Below, one piece after another: positions 14,101 through 23,941 of a DNA stretch of 64,000 bases. The notes under the pieces are model-generated. The model ran no database searches. It was given only the letters and a program-made list of their open reading frames with translations, and had not been told where the DNA came from. Source of the stretch: Takakia lepidozioides (taxonomy: Eukaryota > Plantae > Bryophyta); contig CM060733.1 of assembly GCA_030704615.1 (NCBI GenBank), forward strand, positions 54,684,001-54,748,000, written 5' to 3'. Numbering within the stretch: the stretch's first letter is position 1; each line of letters opens with the position of its first letter. The translations under genes were made by a program, and so were the position numbers.

Positions 14101-14243
14101 CAAGAGGGATTCAAAGTCTTGTACTGCACAGATGAGCGCGCCTTGGTGTTTCCTAGTGACAATCGGACAAACGGATCGCTGAACCCGTTGGAATCCCGAG
14201 CCGCCAGCCCCCGGGCTTCCATCACTTGAACCTGAAGCTTCAT
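2126..14243 (-). CDS. C2 and GRAM domain-containing protein (C2-VASt-TM-C2-GRAM-VASt, At1g03370-like), 13 coding exons
   Basis: GT-AG exons that join in frame: 14243-13898, 13203-12989, 12068-11938, 11641-11179, 7834-7676, 7281-6808, 6615-6433, 6071-5788, 5665-5549, 5223-4970, 4378-4192, 3013-2735, 2338-2126. Motifs: N-terminal C2 (MKLQVQVMEARGL..DSNGFSDPFV..KTLNPSWNE), VASt (TPDVPYG, LHDVPFGDHF), DHGVKARGDGW before the second C2, GRAM (FSLPAEEFLINDFAC..QGRVFLS). Confidence 0.93.
3287..4045 (+). mobile_element. Decayed 3' fragment of the LINE (family A) in a C2-GRAM intron
   Basis: Colinear with the 8736-10136 ORF (WKQD.PVKQAKSW, LKSLPTLGTR, CQMC..HCP) and ends with the family 3' end GGCCACAAGGCCATGGCAAAC...GAGTAC; contains frameshifts. 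Confidence 0.85.
8112..8430 (-). mobile_element. Older diverged 3' fragment of LINE family A
   Basis: Alignable to 8730-9050 (gtactcatgagacgttg, agtgggacttacc, gcatcaatctg, gagactttgaaagttggt) with many substitutions. Confidence 0.8.
8728..10261 (-). mobile_element. 5'-truncated non-LTR retrotransposon (LINE family A, RTE/RTEX-like) with an open RT C-terminal half and CCHC finger
   Basis: GVAQGC.LSPLLFNVFIN upstream of the 466-aa ORF 8736-10136, which has LMFADD, YTFLGV, IRPALEYG and CPLC..ED..HFLIHCP. The stop is followed almost immediately by GTACAA and a (TC)n tail. Confidence 0.93.
10456..10728 (-). mobile_element. Young ~270-bp 3' fragment of LINE family A with target-site duplication
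   Basis: Nearly identical to 8730-9003; flanked by ACACAACTAGAGAG at 10442-10455 and 10729-10742. Confidence 0.92.
12720..12840 (+). repeat. Dispersed family-B retroposon-like 3' end
   Basis: GATGTTGGGGTTTTCTTGTC..TTGTCCCTTGGAACCTAGGGGCCC..ATTATAAGTTTCTCTCTCTC matches the reverse complement of 10743-10820. Confidence 0.55.
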
Positions 14244-15725
14244 TATATGGATTCTACTTCAGCTTTGCTCTTTATCAATTCTTGCAGTCAGATGGCAAAG
14301 TCTCAGTTGGAATAATTCGTTGACTACTGCTTCTTCAAATTCACCAAAACCGACGTTTGAGCTTCCATTATGAGCTCCAACAAAACCTTTTAACTGAAAT
14401 GTTCTTTCAATTATAAGACTTAAACCTACCTGCGGTTCCTGTTCTCACAAGCTCACTCAAAGTTCCCCTTAGAATATTATCCTTCCTCTGTTTCTTCCTT
14501 CACTATGCGATATTTCAAATCTCCTTGTCCTCTCTCTCTCTCTCTCTCATCAGCTCAACAGAACATCGCTGCTTATAGTCAAGCATCATTATCTTGCCCC
14601 CTCCGCCACCTCCTCTATGTCACCCTTGTAAATCTCGCAACCATATTACAGGCTTCACACAGCCTCATTCTCATTCCTTCTTTCTTATGCGCTGTCCAAT
14701 TCCCTCAACCTCCAGTAAGGATGAAACCGCAATTTTCCTACATTCATAATAAATGCTACAAAGCGCTGGAAAAGTCCTATCAATCTCAGTGACGTAAGAG
14801 CATTAAAGAAGGGGAGAGAGAGAGACCAGACGGAACAAGAGAAGCAAAGTGGCGCCATCGCTGCCCTCGAGGAAGGCGGCACCTGGTGCCCACACTGGGC
14901 CCGCATCGCCTGGTTGTCCGCCCTGACCCGCTCTTTATGTTCACAGTCTCGCCCGGCACTTCGTCGGGTTTCAGCAATCCGGGCTGCGATGCCTGCATGC
15001 TGCACGACCCGCGAGCGACGCTAGCGGGGGGAGGCGGTCGCCTTGCCAGGGCCTCGGGTTTCGCCACCATGGGATGTGGTTTCGCCGTCCAAATAAACGC
15101 ACAAAACCTAACACGTGTTGCCAATAGAGGATAGTAGCCGTTACAGGACGGGGTGTGCGGGTTCGAACGCCAGACCCACCGGTAAGTGCGGACAGGTCGG
15201 CCCCGGGTGGGCCGGAAGACGGTTCCAGGGCAGAAACGTGGCAGGCGGGTAGAATGGCGCGCAGGAGGTAGATAAGGCGTACTAGGAGCGTCGCTATTGG
15301 CCAAGAACCCTGGTAACTATATATTCTCACGCGGAAGCGGGTCCGCATGCCGCCACGTGCCAGATGGGGGTGTACGTGGCTGTCGGACGTGTGCGTTTAT
15401 GGTAGGTGCGACGTTTGCTGCGAGTCCCTCTCCGGTTGGTTCGCGACTCCGGACCGCCCCCGCCAAAATTTGGATGAACCGAGATGTATTACATCCATAC
15501 AGTCGTTACCCTACCTTGGCAGGCGTGTCTCTCTATGGGTCAAGGAATTGTTTGTATTGATTGCAGATGCGGGCATGTTCGACGATGAAGCTTGTCTTAA
15601 CTGATTTCTCTTTGTATCTGCCCAGTGGTTGGGTATTTGTGCATAACCTAGGTGATCCTGGGTCAATCCTTCAACATGTGCCTTCAGACCGTCCATTGTG
15701 CCCTGGATGGCCTGTGTGTTGATCG

Positions 15726-15787
15726 GTAGGCTCTGTAAATTCACTGGACGTTAAAGAATCTTTATCTTTATCTTTATCTTTTATCTG
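15726..15787 (+). repeat. Retroposon-like 3' end (family C) with (TTTATC)n tail
   Basis: GTAGGCTCTGTAAATTCACTGGACGTTAAAGAATC(TTTATC)n; a second copy is inverted at 27884-27934. Confidence 0.65.
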
Positions 15788-15958
15788 CAAAATAATACAA
15801 AAGGAATTTGCAATAGATTTTCATTTATATTTTCATAGAACAGGGACATGGAAACTAAGTTATTGATAGGTTTCATCGGGAAATTATATATTGATTTATC
15901 TACTTTTCCAAGGAAATCCGAGCCACAGCCAAGGTTGGGCTTAGAAGGGGAAAATAAC

Positions 15959-16281
15959 CAGTGTTGGGAGGTTCTTTGATTCGGCTACAAACCCCCCCAA
16001 GGTTATCAAGAAGGTTATCAAGAAGGTTATATGGATATATAACTGTGGTTCTCAGAAAAACAAAGAACTGGCAAAGGCTCATGACCGCCGGTTACGTAGT
16101 TTTGAGATAACCCGCTTGAAAACCGTCAAAGATCCGCCAAAGACCCGCTGGTTATTTGATGAAAACCGCCAGTTCTTTGAGGTTCTTACAATTAACCGGA
16201 ACCGGAGGTTCTTTGATCTTAAAATTTTGTGAAAACCGGAACCGGAGGTTATGTAAGAAATCAAATAACCGCCCAACACTG
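15959..16281. mobile_element. Non-autonomous hAT-type MITE (323 bp)
   Basis: Terminal inverted repeat CAGTGTTGGG(A/C)GGTT, perfect 8-bp TSD AAAATAAC (15951-15958 and 16282-16289), repeated internal AACCG/CGGTT motifs. Confidence 0.9.
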
Positions 16282-16380
16282 AAAATAACCCCCTTTCTGA
16301 GCCATAGAGGGCAGTCATACCATCAAACCACAACCCTTCATTATTATTTTTTACTAGGGTTGCGCATTGCTTTGCACTAA

Positions 16381-16557
16381 AGTAAAAAAAGTATGATGCC
16401 TCCCCAAGGGACCGTAACTTATGGTGTCATTTGACCCGGAAGGGCACTGGACACCTTCATGAAGGCCAGATGGTGGTTCATGAAGGCCAGATGGTGGTTT
16501 GAACCCTTAACCATATCCAACGTGGTATGTGCCCATTACCACTGGGCTACATGCCGG
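16381..16557 (-). mobile_element. tRNA-derived SINE
   Basis: On the - strand: A-box-like TAGCCCAGTGG, B-box GGTTCAAACC and a T-rich end; homologous copy at 18050-18207. Confidence 0.65.
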
Positions 16558-16593
16558 TTGCATTGCGAGCTAGTGATGCGGAGAATAATATCT

Positions 16594-16790
16594 GAGTTTT
16601 ACAAAAAGTTCAACATTTATTTCCTTTTGACTGAATATATATTTACTGTGGCCGCACAATTTGACTGTACTTTTGCAAGATTTGGGCAAGAACAATATCT
16701 GCCAGTTTTACAAAAAGTTCAACATTTATTTCATTTTTGATTGAATATATATCTTATGTAGCTGTGCAATTCGACGGTACTTTTGCAAGT
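16594..16790. repeat. Diverged tandem duplication (~110-bp period)
   Basis: AGTTTTACAAAAAGTTCAACATTTATTTC...TACTTTTGCAAG occurs twice. Confidence 0.75.
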
Positions 16791-17329
16791 AGCCTTCAGA
16801 GTGATGTGAACCATAAGTTACCTGTGTTTTGGTAAGAGTTTTTATCCTTTCTGTTCTTTATATTTTACTGAAGTCAACGTAAATAACAGCCTCTGGGGGG
16901 GTATTTGGGGAGTGGGCTCTATAATTCAATCTAAAGCTGACATAACTAAGAGCCACTTCATTTTATGGCTACTGCTCCCTATCAAGGTGGATCTATAAAT
17001 ATTTTTATAAATTAAAATATTAACAAATATTAACAAATAATTTAAATATTTAAGCATAGAGACTAAATAGATTAAAGAAAAATAGATGTACCTACGAGTG
17101 TTGGTCTGGTATCACGTTTAAGACATACCAGACTAATGCGAGTACAAAAGGTCTCACAAAATATTCATACCAATCTGATATACATAACGGGCAAATGTAT
17201 TTAATCTAAATATTAGTATGAATACGAAATATCATAATCACATTATCAATTGGCCTCAGCTATCAATAATACTGGTATCATTCAAGTGCCATTTGCAAGT
17301 GAAATTTTATCAATTATCAAACATACAGC

Positions 17330-17900
17330 AGTCAGTGCGCTCCTACTCATCAAGGGCTTTCCAACGGTACTAAAATCATGGCCTCCATATGAGCCCAAGT
17401 TCAACATCCAATGTCCTTCCAACACTTGATTTTGTAATTTAGTTGAATTTTCAGCAACAAAAACTGTTTATAATTCCATAAGTCTCGGCCCATAGGTCCA
17501 AATTTTGTGAAACCAATCGGTGCACCCCTTACTCATCGAGGGCTTTCCAAGGGTACTAAAATCGTGGCCAAAGGCCCCGCAGTTGGCGAGATTCCAACGA
17601 CACTACAAACAATATTGTGAACGTCATTTTTTAAAAGCCCAATTTACATTTACATCCACGTGCACGAAAGACAAATGAAGGGCCAATCATTGTTCCAAGA
17701 AAGCACAGTTTGCTATTTTTCACGAATTTCCAGCAACCAAAAGTACTTGAAATTCCATCATTCTCCCACACCGCAGGTCCAAAAATTATGAGACCAAGTC
17801 TGTGCATCCCTCCTCATCCAGGGCTTTCCAACGGTACCAAGCATGGGGGCTGGGTCCGCAGGTTGGGAGATCTCAAAGCTAAAACAAAACAAACAAGCGG
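17330..17900 (-). repeat. Inverted fragments of the Helitron-like repeat family
   Basis: Three copies of (C)CTCATC(G/A/C)AGGGCTTTCCAA(C/G)GGTAC, reverse-complementary to the modules at 21040-21140, 21760-21900 and 23510-23690. Confidence 0.65.
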
Positions 17901-18049
17901 CTCCACCACTTTTTTCATGGCTTCATGAATCATGCCCATCAACCCTCCATAGAGTAGGCTTAATGGATAAGTCTAGTTCTCTCCGTAGGCAAGATGTCTC
18001 CACAATGCCTCTATCCCTTGCGGGTAAACAAACAATCTTCTTCATATAT

Positions 18050-18207
18050 TGATATGACTCCTCCTAAAGGAAGCGTAAATTATGGTGTCTCTTGACCCCG
18101 AAGAGCTGTTGCGTTCCGCCAGAAGGTGGACACCTTTGTGACACCAATCGGTGGATTGAACCCACAACCACTTCCAAGGTGGTATGTGCCCATTACCATG
18201 GCTACAA
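18050..18207 (-). mobile_element. tRNA-derived SINE (second copy)
   Basis: Alignable to 16390-16550 (ttatggtgtc..tgaccc, ggacacctt, gtggtatgtgcccattacca); B-box GGTTCAATCC. Confidence 0.6.
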
Positions 18208-18880
18208 CTTGGTCTCCGACATTCACATTAGTTGGACCAAGGGATCGCCTAACCTTGGCCTATGTTCAACGCGCACTATCTTAGTGTTCAGACTTTGTTG
18301 CTCCTCAAATTCTAGCGGTTATGTGGGTCTTTCCTTGTTTGTTTTCAACCCTTAAGGGCCCGCCATTGGGCAAATTTCCCAGAAAAGCAACCTATGGAGT
18401 AACCTATGGCGAGTTAATTGAGGCTACACACCTGCCATATTAGATCCAAAATTTTGAACCTTACCATATTCATCTTGCCTATCATGTATATCTGCCCAGC
18501 AAATTGTGGAGAAATTCATCACACAACAAAATGGATTTTAGTGTTGTAAGGGAGGGGATGGGTGTTCTTGCTTTTGGATTTTGCAAAGTATGAAACTTGA
18601 GCTTTGACCAAGCTTTTTGAATGACCAGATGATTTTCCTTGCTCCTACCTCATTGTATCCTAATTAAGTACTCTAGAACTTTCAAGCCCAACAGCCTTTG
18701 TAGCTATTAGGGTCCCTTGTATGTGCTTATTATTAGGGGGTCAAAATGATCTCCTTAGCTTAGCAACTCAAGGTGAGTATGAACTAAGCTATTCTCGTTA
18801 CAGTTGTGGCCTTGGACTCTCTGCCCTCTCTTGTTTTTTAGCTCACACAAGGTTATTGTTTCCTTGCCACTTGCCACAAT

Positions 18881-20385
18881 AATTCTAGTGACGAAAGTCG
18901 AGGACTAGTTTTAGTGTAGAGTAGGTATAGAGTGTCACTGTGCCATATCGTCGTCAAAATCACGTCATCGTAGTTATCAACGTCATCTTCATTAAGCTGC
19001 CCTCCGGAAAAGAAAAAATAAACGAAATTATGAAAATTATTTCTATCGAATATGCTCTAATATTACTTTCTTTTGTTCTAAATTTACGGTTTCACACGTT
19101 CCGTCAATGTAAATGTTACAGCACCTCTAGATATTAATTTGATAAAATCACCAGCAAAAATCACTAGTTTGTCTAGTTCTCAAAACCCTCATATGTACAA
19201 TATTTTGGTTTTGTGGTGAGCACGTTTCAATCTAGTAATATATTACAATGGTACATATAATGGTAATAGATAATAAAATGTCAAACTCTTAATATTAGAT
19301 TTTTGTCTCTTGTCTATATTTTTGTCAATTAAAAATTGACATATATTAATGTATTATATATAGATATCAACAAACTCTAGAATAAAAGATGTATGCACAG
19401 ATTGTTAGTCTCTATGGCTAGATGTTTTAAGTTTACTCGTTAATATTTTGATGTATAAATGTTTTTATAGAATCCACTTTTGACATGGAGCTGTAACCAT
19501 ATAATGAAGTGGCTCTTTGTTATTTCAGCTCTAGCCCGAAATCTTTTCTTTCTATAATAGAAAAAAATCACATTGATTGGAACATGTTTTGATTATTTCT
19601 TAAATGTATTTTGAATTTAGAGATTTATACAAGTTGTAGCGTTTTAACCCTTCACTTCCTACAGATAGATCAGTTTTTTTGCCCTTTAAAATTTCTAAAA
19701 CCAAGCTATCCACCTACCATACTACATCCATAAATATGAACCTTACAAACCTGTTGCTACCTAGCACATACATCCAGATACCAAATCTTGAAGAATTTCA
19801 CCACAAACTTTTCAAGATTATAGTGCTTTGGTGGGATCTCTTTTGTTTGTGAGAATCTGAAAAACCTGCAATATCAGGTTTGACCAAGAATTTGCAGTAT
19901 TGGGTTCATTTTTGCTGGGCTCCTCACATGCATAGCCAGATCCTATTCTAAGGTATGGAAGCATGCAAAAACAATGCCAAATTGCCACATGATGCTATAT
20001 GCTCCTTTGTATGTGTTTCATGGGGGGTTTGGGTATAGGCCAAAACATGGAGATTCTAATATTGTCCCTTCCGTATGCACAAATCCAAAAAATTTGCGGT
20101 CCACGCGGTGAGACAATTAGTTCCTATGAACCTCAGTCACGTCCAAAATTTATAGACATCCAACTATAAATTTGCCAAAATTTGAGGGCCAAGGGCTCAC
20201 TCGCACTGGTTGTACAGCCGCTGCATGCCCCAATAGAATCTGGCCACGTACTAGGTCAATCCTGCGTGGCCCCTCTATTTAAAAAATGAGGTTGATGACG
20301 TGGCCTACGAAACGTGGCAACAATGGTGTGGCACAGTGACACCATATATTTTCTCTACACTAAAACTAGTCTCGTCATTAGAATT
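18881..20385. mobile_element. Non-autonomous TIR element, superfamily unclear
   Basis: Imperfect ~70-bp inverted ends sharing AATTCTARTGACGA, GACTAGTTTTAGTGTAGAG and GTGTCACTGTGCCA; no clear TSD. Confidence 0.6.
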
Positions 20386-20961
20386 TTAAAGAAAATGCAT
20401 GGCACTCTTGTAATCAAACTAAGGCTGCACATTAGCTTGCATTACTAATGACGCTTCTCAGAACAGTGTTCACTGAGTCTCTAAGAAGTTCAGCGTTCAT
20501 TTCATGTCGATTGGAATATAGTTTCTGTAGAAAATAATAGGAATATTGTAAGAAATTAATGCATAGGTGCGATCTTACTCTATTTTTCGCCAAATTTAGG
20601 TAACGTCTGCATCTTGAGCTTTGATGAGAAAACAGGGTATTGGATCAATCAGGTACTTATCTTCCCACATTGCCTCAGTTATGGCCGTCAGAAGGAGTTT
20701 ACCTTCCGTTAGGAAGATAGTAGCCCTTCACAGTGATGTAACACCATAAGTTTAGTGTGCTTTGGCAAGAGTTTTTTTTTTTCGTTTTTTTTTGTTCTTA
20801 TGTGGTTTAATATCTCTTTATATTGTAAGTTTTAATATTAATTATGATAAAATAATCAAATAGAAATCAATGGTTTATTCAGTTTTCGAAACCCTCAAAA
20901 ATTCATTTTGATTTTGTGGTTAGCATGTTTCAGTATACTTATGAATTTACAATACTACATA

Positions 20962-22748
20962 TCAATATATGAAGCGAAACGTTTGTTTTGTTTTGTTTTG
21001 TTTGTTTTGTTTGTAGCGTCGTTGAGATCTCCCAAACCGCGGTCCCAGCCCCGGTGCTTGGTGCCGTTGGAAAGCCCTCGATGAGGAGGGGTGCACCCGA
21101 CTTGGTCTCATGATTTTGGACCTGCGGTGTGGGAGATACGGAATTTTGAGTACAAAACTATGCTACACAAGGCATTGACATAGGACAGAGTACAATCAGG
21201 TAGTGAATCTGTAATTGCTCTTACAGTGCACAGTCAGGTCTGTGCGCGCAGACAAAACAATCTGACGCCTGAGTAGAGCATATATATCCCAGGCAATTTC
21301 AAGAAACTGATTCTTGAAATAATGTCAGTACTGCCAACCACGTGGCTATCAACTGTAAGTCCTCACATAAGATGTGATCTAATCTCTTAGTGGCTTATTC
21401 CTGCAGTTGATAGAATGGTAAATGTATGCAGATTTCCAACAGGGGATACACAGGAAATTGCACTTGGTCTTAGATTTCAATTCTTCACACATGGGCCGAC
21501 GGCACATGCTACCCTAGAGGTCGCACTTGGGCCTCGACATAGGAGACGCATATGGGATTGCACTTGGACTTAGCTGATCATGACACTGGACCCTTGGGAT
21601 ACATAGGAAATTGCACTTGGGCTTAGATGACAGTGGACACTTGGGCCTAGATGACCCTAGACACTTGGGCCAACGGCACATGCTACCCCAGTCAATATAT
21701 GAATCGAGAGACGTTTGTTTTATTTTGTTTTATTTTGTTTTATTTTTGTCACGTTGAGATGTCCCAAACCGCGGGCCCAGCCTTGGTGCTTGGTACCTTT
21801 GGAAAGAACTAGACGAGGAGGGGTGCACGGGCTGGTCTCATAATTTTTGGACCTGCGGTGTGGGAGATGTGGAATTCCAAGTACTTTTGGTCGCTGGAAA
21901 TTCACCAAAAACTGTGAAATGGGCATTCCTGGACAATGCTTGGAGCCTCGAGGGGGGGATGTAAAGGGAAAGGTCTTCGGTTCAATATATGAAGCCATGT
22001 TGAGATGTCCCAAACCGCGGGCCCCAGCCTTGGTGCTTGGTACCGTTGAAAAGCCCTCGACGAGGAGGGGTGCACGGGCTTGGTCTCATAATTTTTGGAC
22101 ATGCGGTGTGGGAGATGTGGAATTCCAAGTACTTTTGGTCACTGTAAATTCACCAAAAATTACGAAATGGGCATTCCTCGACAATGCTTGGAGCCTCGAC
22201 AGGAGAGATATACAGGGAAAGGTCTCGGTTCAAATCTGGTCGTAGGCTATGTGGAAAAAATATGCATTTGGACTTAGATGACATTGGACACTTGGGCCAA
22301 CTTCGATATATTACTACTCAATAAATTCATGGAAAAAAAATAATCGGGCCTTGACATGGGAGACGTACTTGGATACATAGGAGATTGCACAATAGGTTTA
22401 GATGGGCCTCGACATGGGAGACACATATGAGAGATGCCCTTGGATACATAGGAGAAACACTTGGATAAATAGGAGATTGTACTTGAGCTTAGATGACAGT
22501 GGACACTTGGGCCTCTACATGGAAGATGCATTTGGATATATAGAAGATTGCACTTGGGCTTAGATGGCTCGACATAGGAGACACACTGGGAGACATAGGA
22601 AATTACACTTGGTCTTATATTTCAATTCTTCAGACATGGGCCAACGACGCAAGACTACCCTAGAGGTCGCACTTGGGCCTCGACATAGAGATTGCACTTG
22701 GGCTTAGATGACACTTGACACTTGGGCCAACTGCACAGGCTACCCTAG
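20962..22748 (+). mobile_element. Tandem non-autonomous Helitron-like units
   Basis: Starts A|TCAATATATGAAG and ends with short hairpin GGCCnnCGGC plus CTACCCTAG|T. Internal 3' ends at 21517, 21691, 22663 and 5' ends at 21692, 21982. Internal GAGATTGCACTTGGGCTTAGATG repeats. Confidence 0.6.
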
Positions 22749-23224
22749 TATACTTGAATTTTCAATGACCAAAACTCTTCATATGTCTATAACTTTTGGA
22801 CCATAGGTCCAATTTTGTGAAACCACCCTCTGTAAAATCTAGTATATATAAAATATTTGTACAATACTTATACCTCAAGTAGAATATTCATACCAGAGCA
22901 AATGAGGAAGATTGTGAAGGAGTATGGGTATGGCGGCTGGTATAAAACTTGTCTATATCAACCTGGTTGGTATCTCCCTGAGTATAAAATGCTTATATAG
23001 TAGACTGGTCTAGTCTTTACATACCAATACATACATACATTTATTTATACCAATATTTTACTTATACACTAGACCAACACTCGTACATACTTACATATAT
23101 CTAATATCTATCAAAGTTTGTTAATAGATCTATATTTGTAATTGTCCAAAATATATACAAGAGACAAAATTTCGAGATGAAAGAATTTTGAGATTCCATT
23201 TGCTATTATGATTTACAAGATTAA

Positions 23225-23941
23225 GTCGGACTTGGGCCTCTACAATGGAGAAGCACTTAGATACATAGGAGATTGCACTTGGGCTTAGATGGGCCTTAAC
23301 ATAGGAGACGCACTTGGATACATAGGAGATTGCACTTGGGCTTAGATGGGCCTTAACATAGGAGACGCACTTGGATACATAGGAAATTGCACTTGGTCTT
23401 AGATTTCAATTCTTCACACATGGGCCAATGGCACATGCCACCCTAGTCAATATATGAAGCAAGGTAGTTTGTTTGTTTGTTTGTTTTGTTTTGTTTTGTG
23501 TTGAGATGATCTCCCAAACCCCAGACCAGCCCTGGTGCTTGGCACCGTTGGAAAGCCCTCGATGAAGAGGGGTACACCGACTTGGTCTCATAATTTTTGG
23601 AGCTGCGGTGTGGGAGATGGAATTTCAAGTACTTTTGGTCGCTGGAAATTCGTGAAAATAGCAAAGTGGGCTTTCCTGGAACAATGATTGGATATATTAC
23701 TACTCAATAAATTCATGGAAAAAATAAAAGGGTTTTTAAATATTATTTAAACATTAGTTCAGTCATGTAACACAAATTCTTTGTAACAAAACAAACATCC
23801 AATTTCCTTTTAGTACCGGTACATCGATTTCAATTCTTCACACATGGACCTCGACATAGGAAAGACACTTGAATACATAGGAGATTGCACTTGGACTTAG
23901 ATGACATTGGACACTTGGGCCAGCGGCACAGGCTACCCTAG
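23225..23941 (+). mobile_element. Further Helitron-like units
   Basis: Same modules; junction CCCTAG|TCAATATATGAAGC at 23446/23447; final CTACCCTAG at 23941. Confidence 0.6.

Larger units (their letters stand above)
17096..23082. mobile_element. hAT-type TIR element expanded to ~6 kb by nested insertions
   Basis: Ends GAGTGTTGGTCT...AGACCAACACTC; 8-bp TSD GTACCTAC/GTACATAC; subterminal ATACC/GGTAT motifs. The flanks rejoin into a repeat that is uninterrupted at 19270-19535. Confidence 0.75.

Noticed and set aside
14685-15604. Overlapping ORFs of 80-170 aa in the GC-rich island
   Set aside because: Expected from high GC; no domain similarity.
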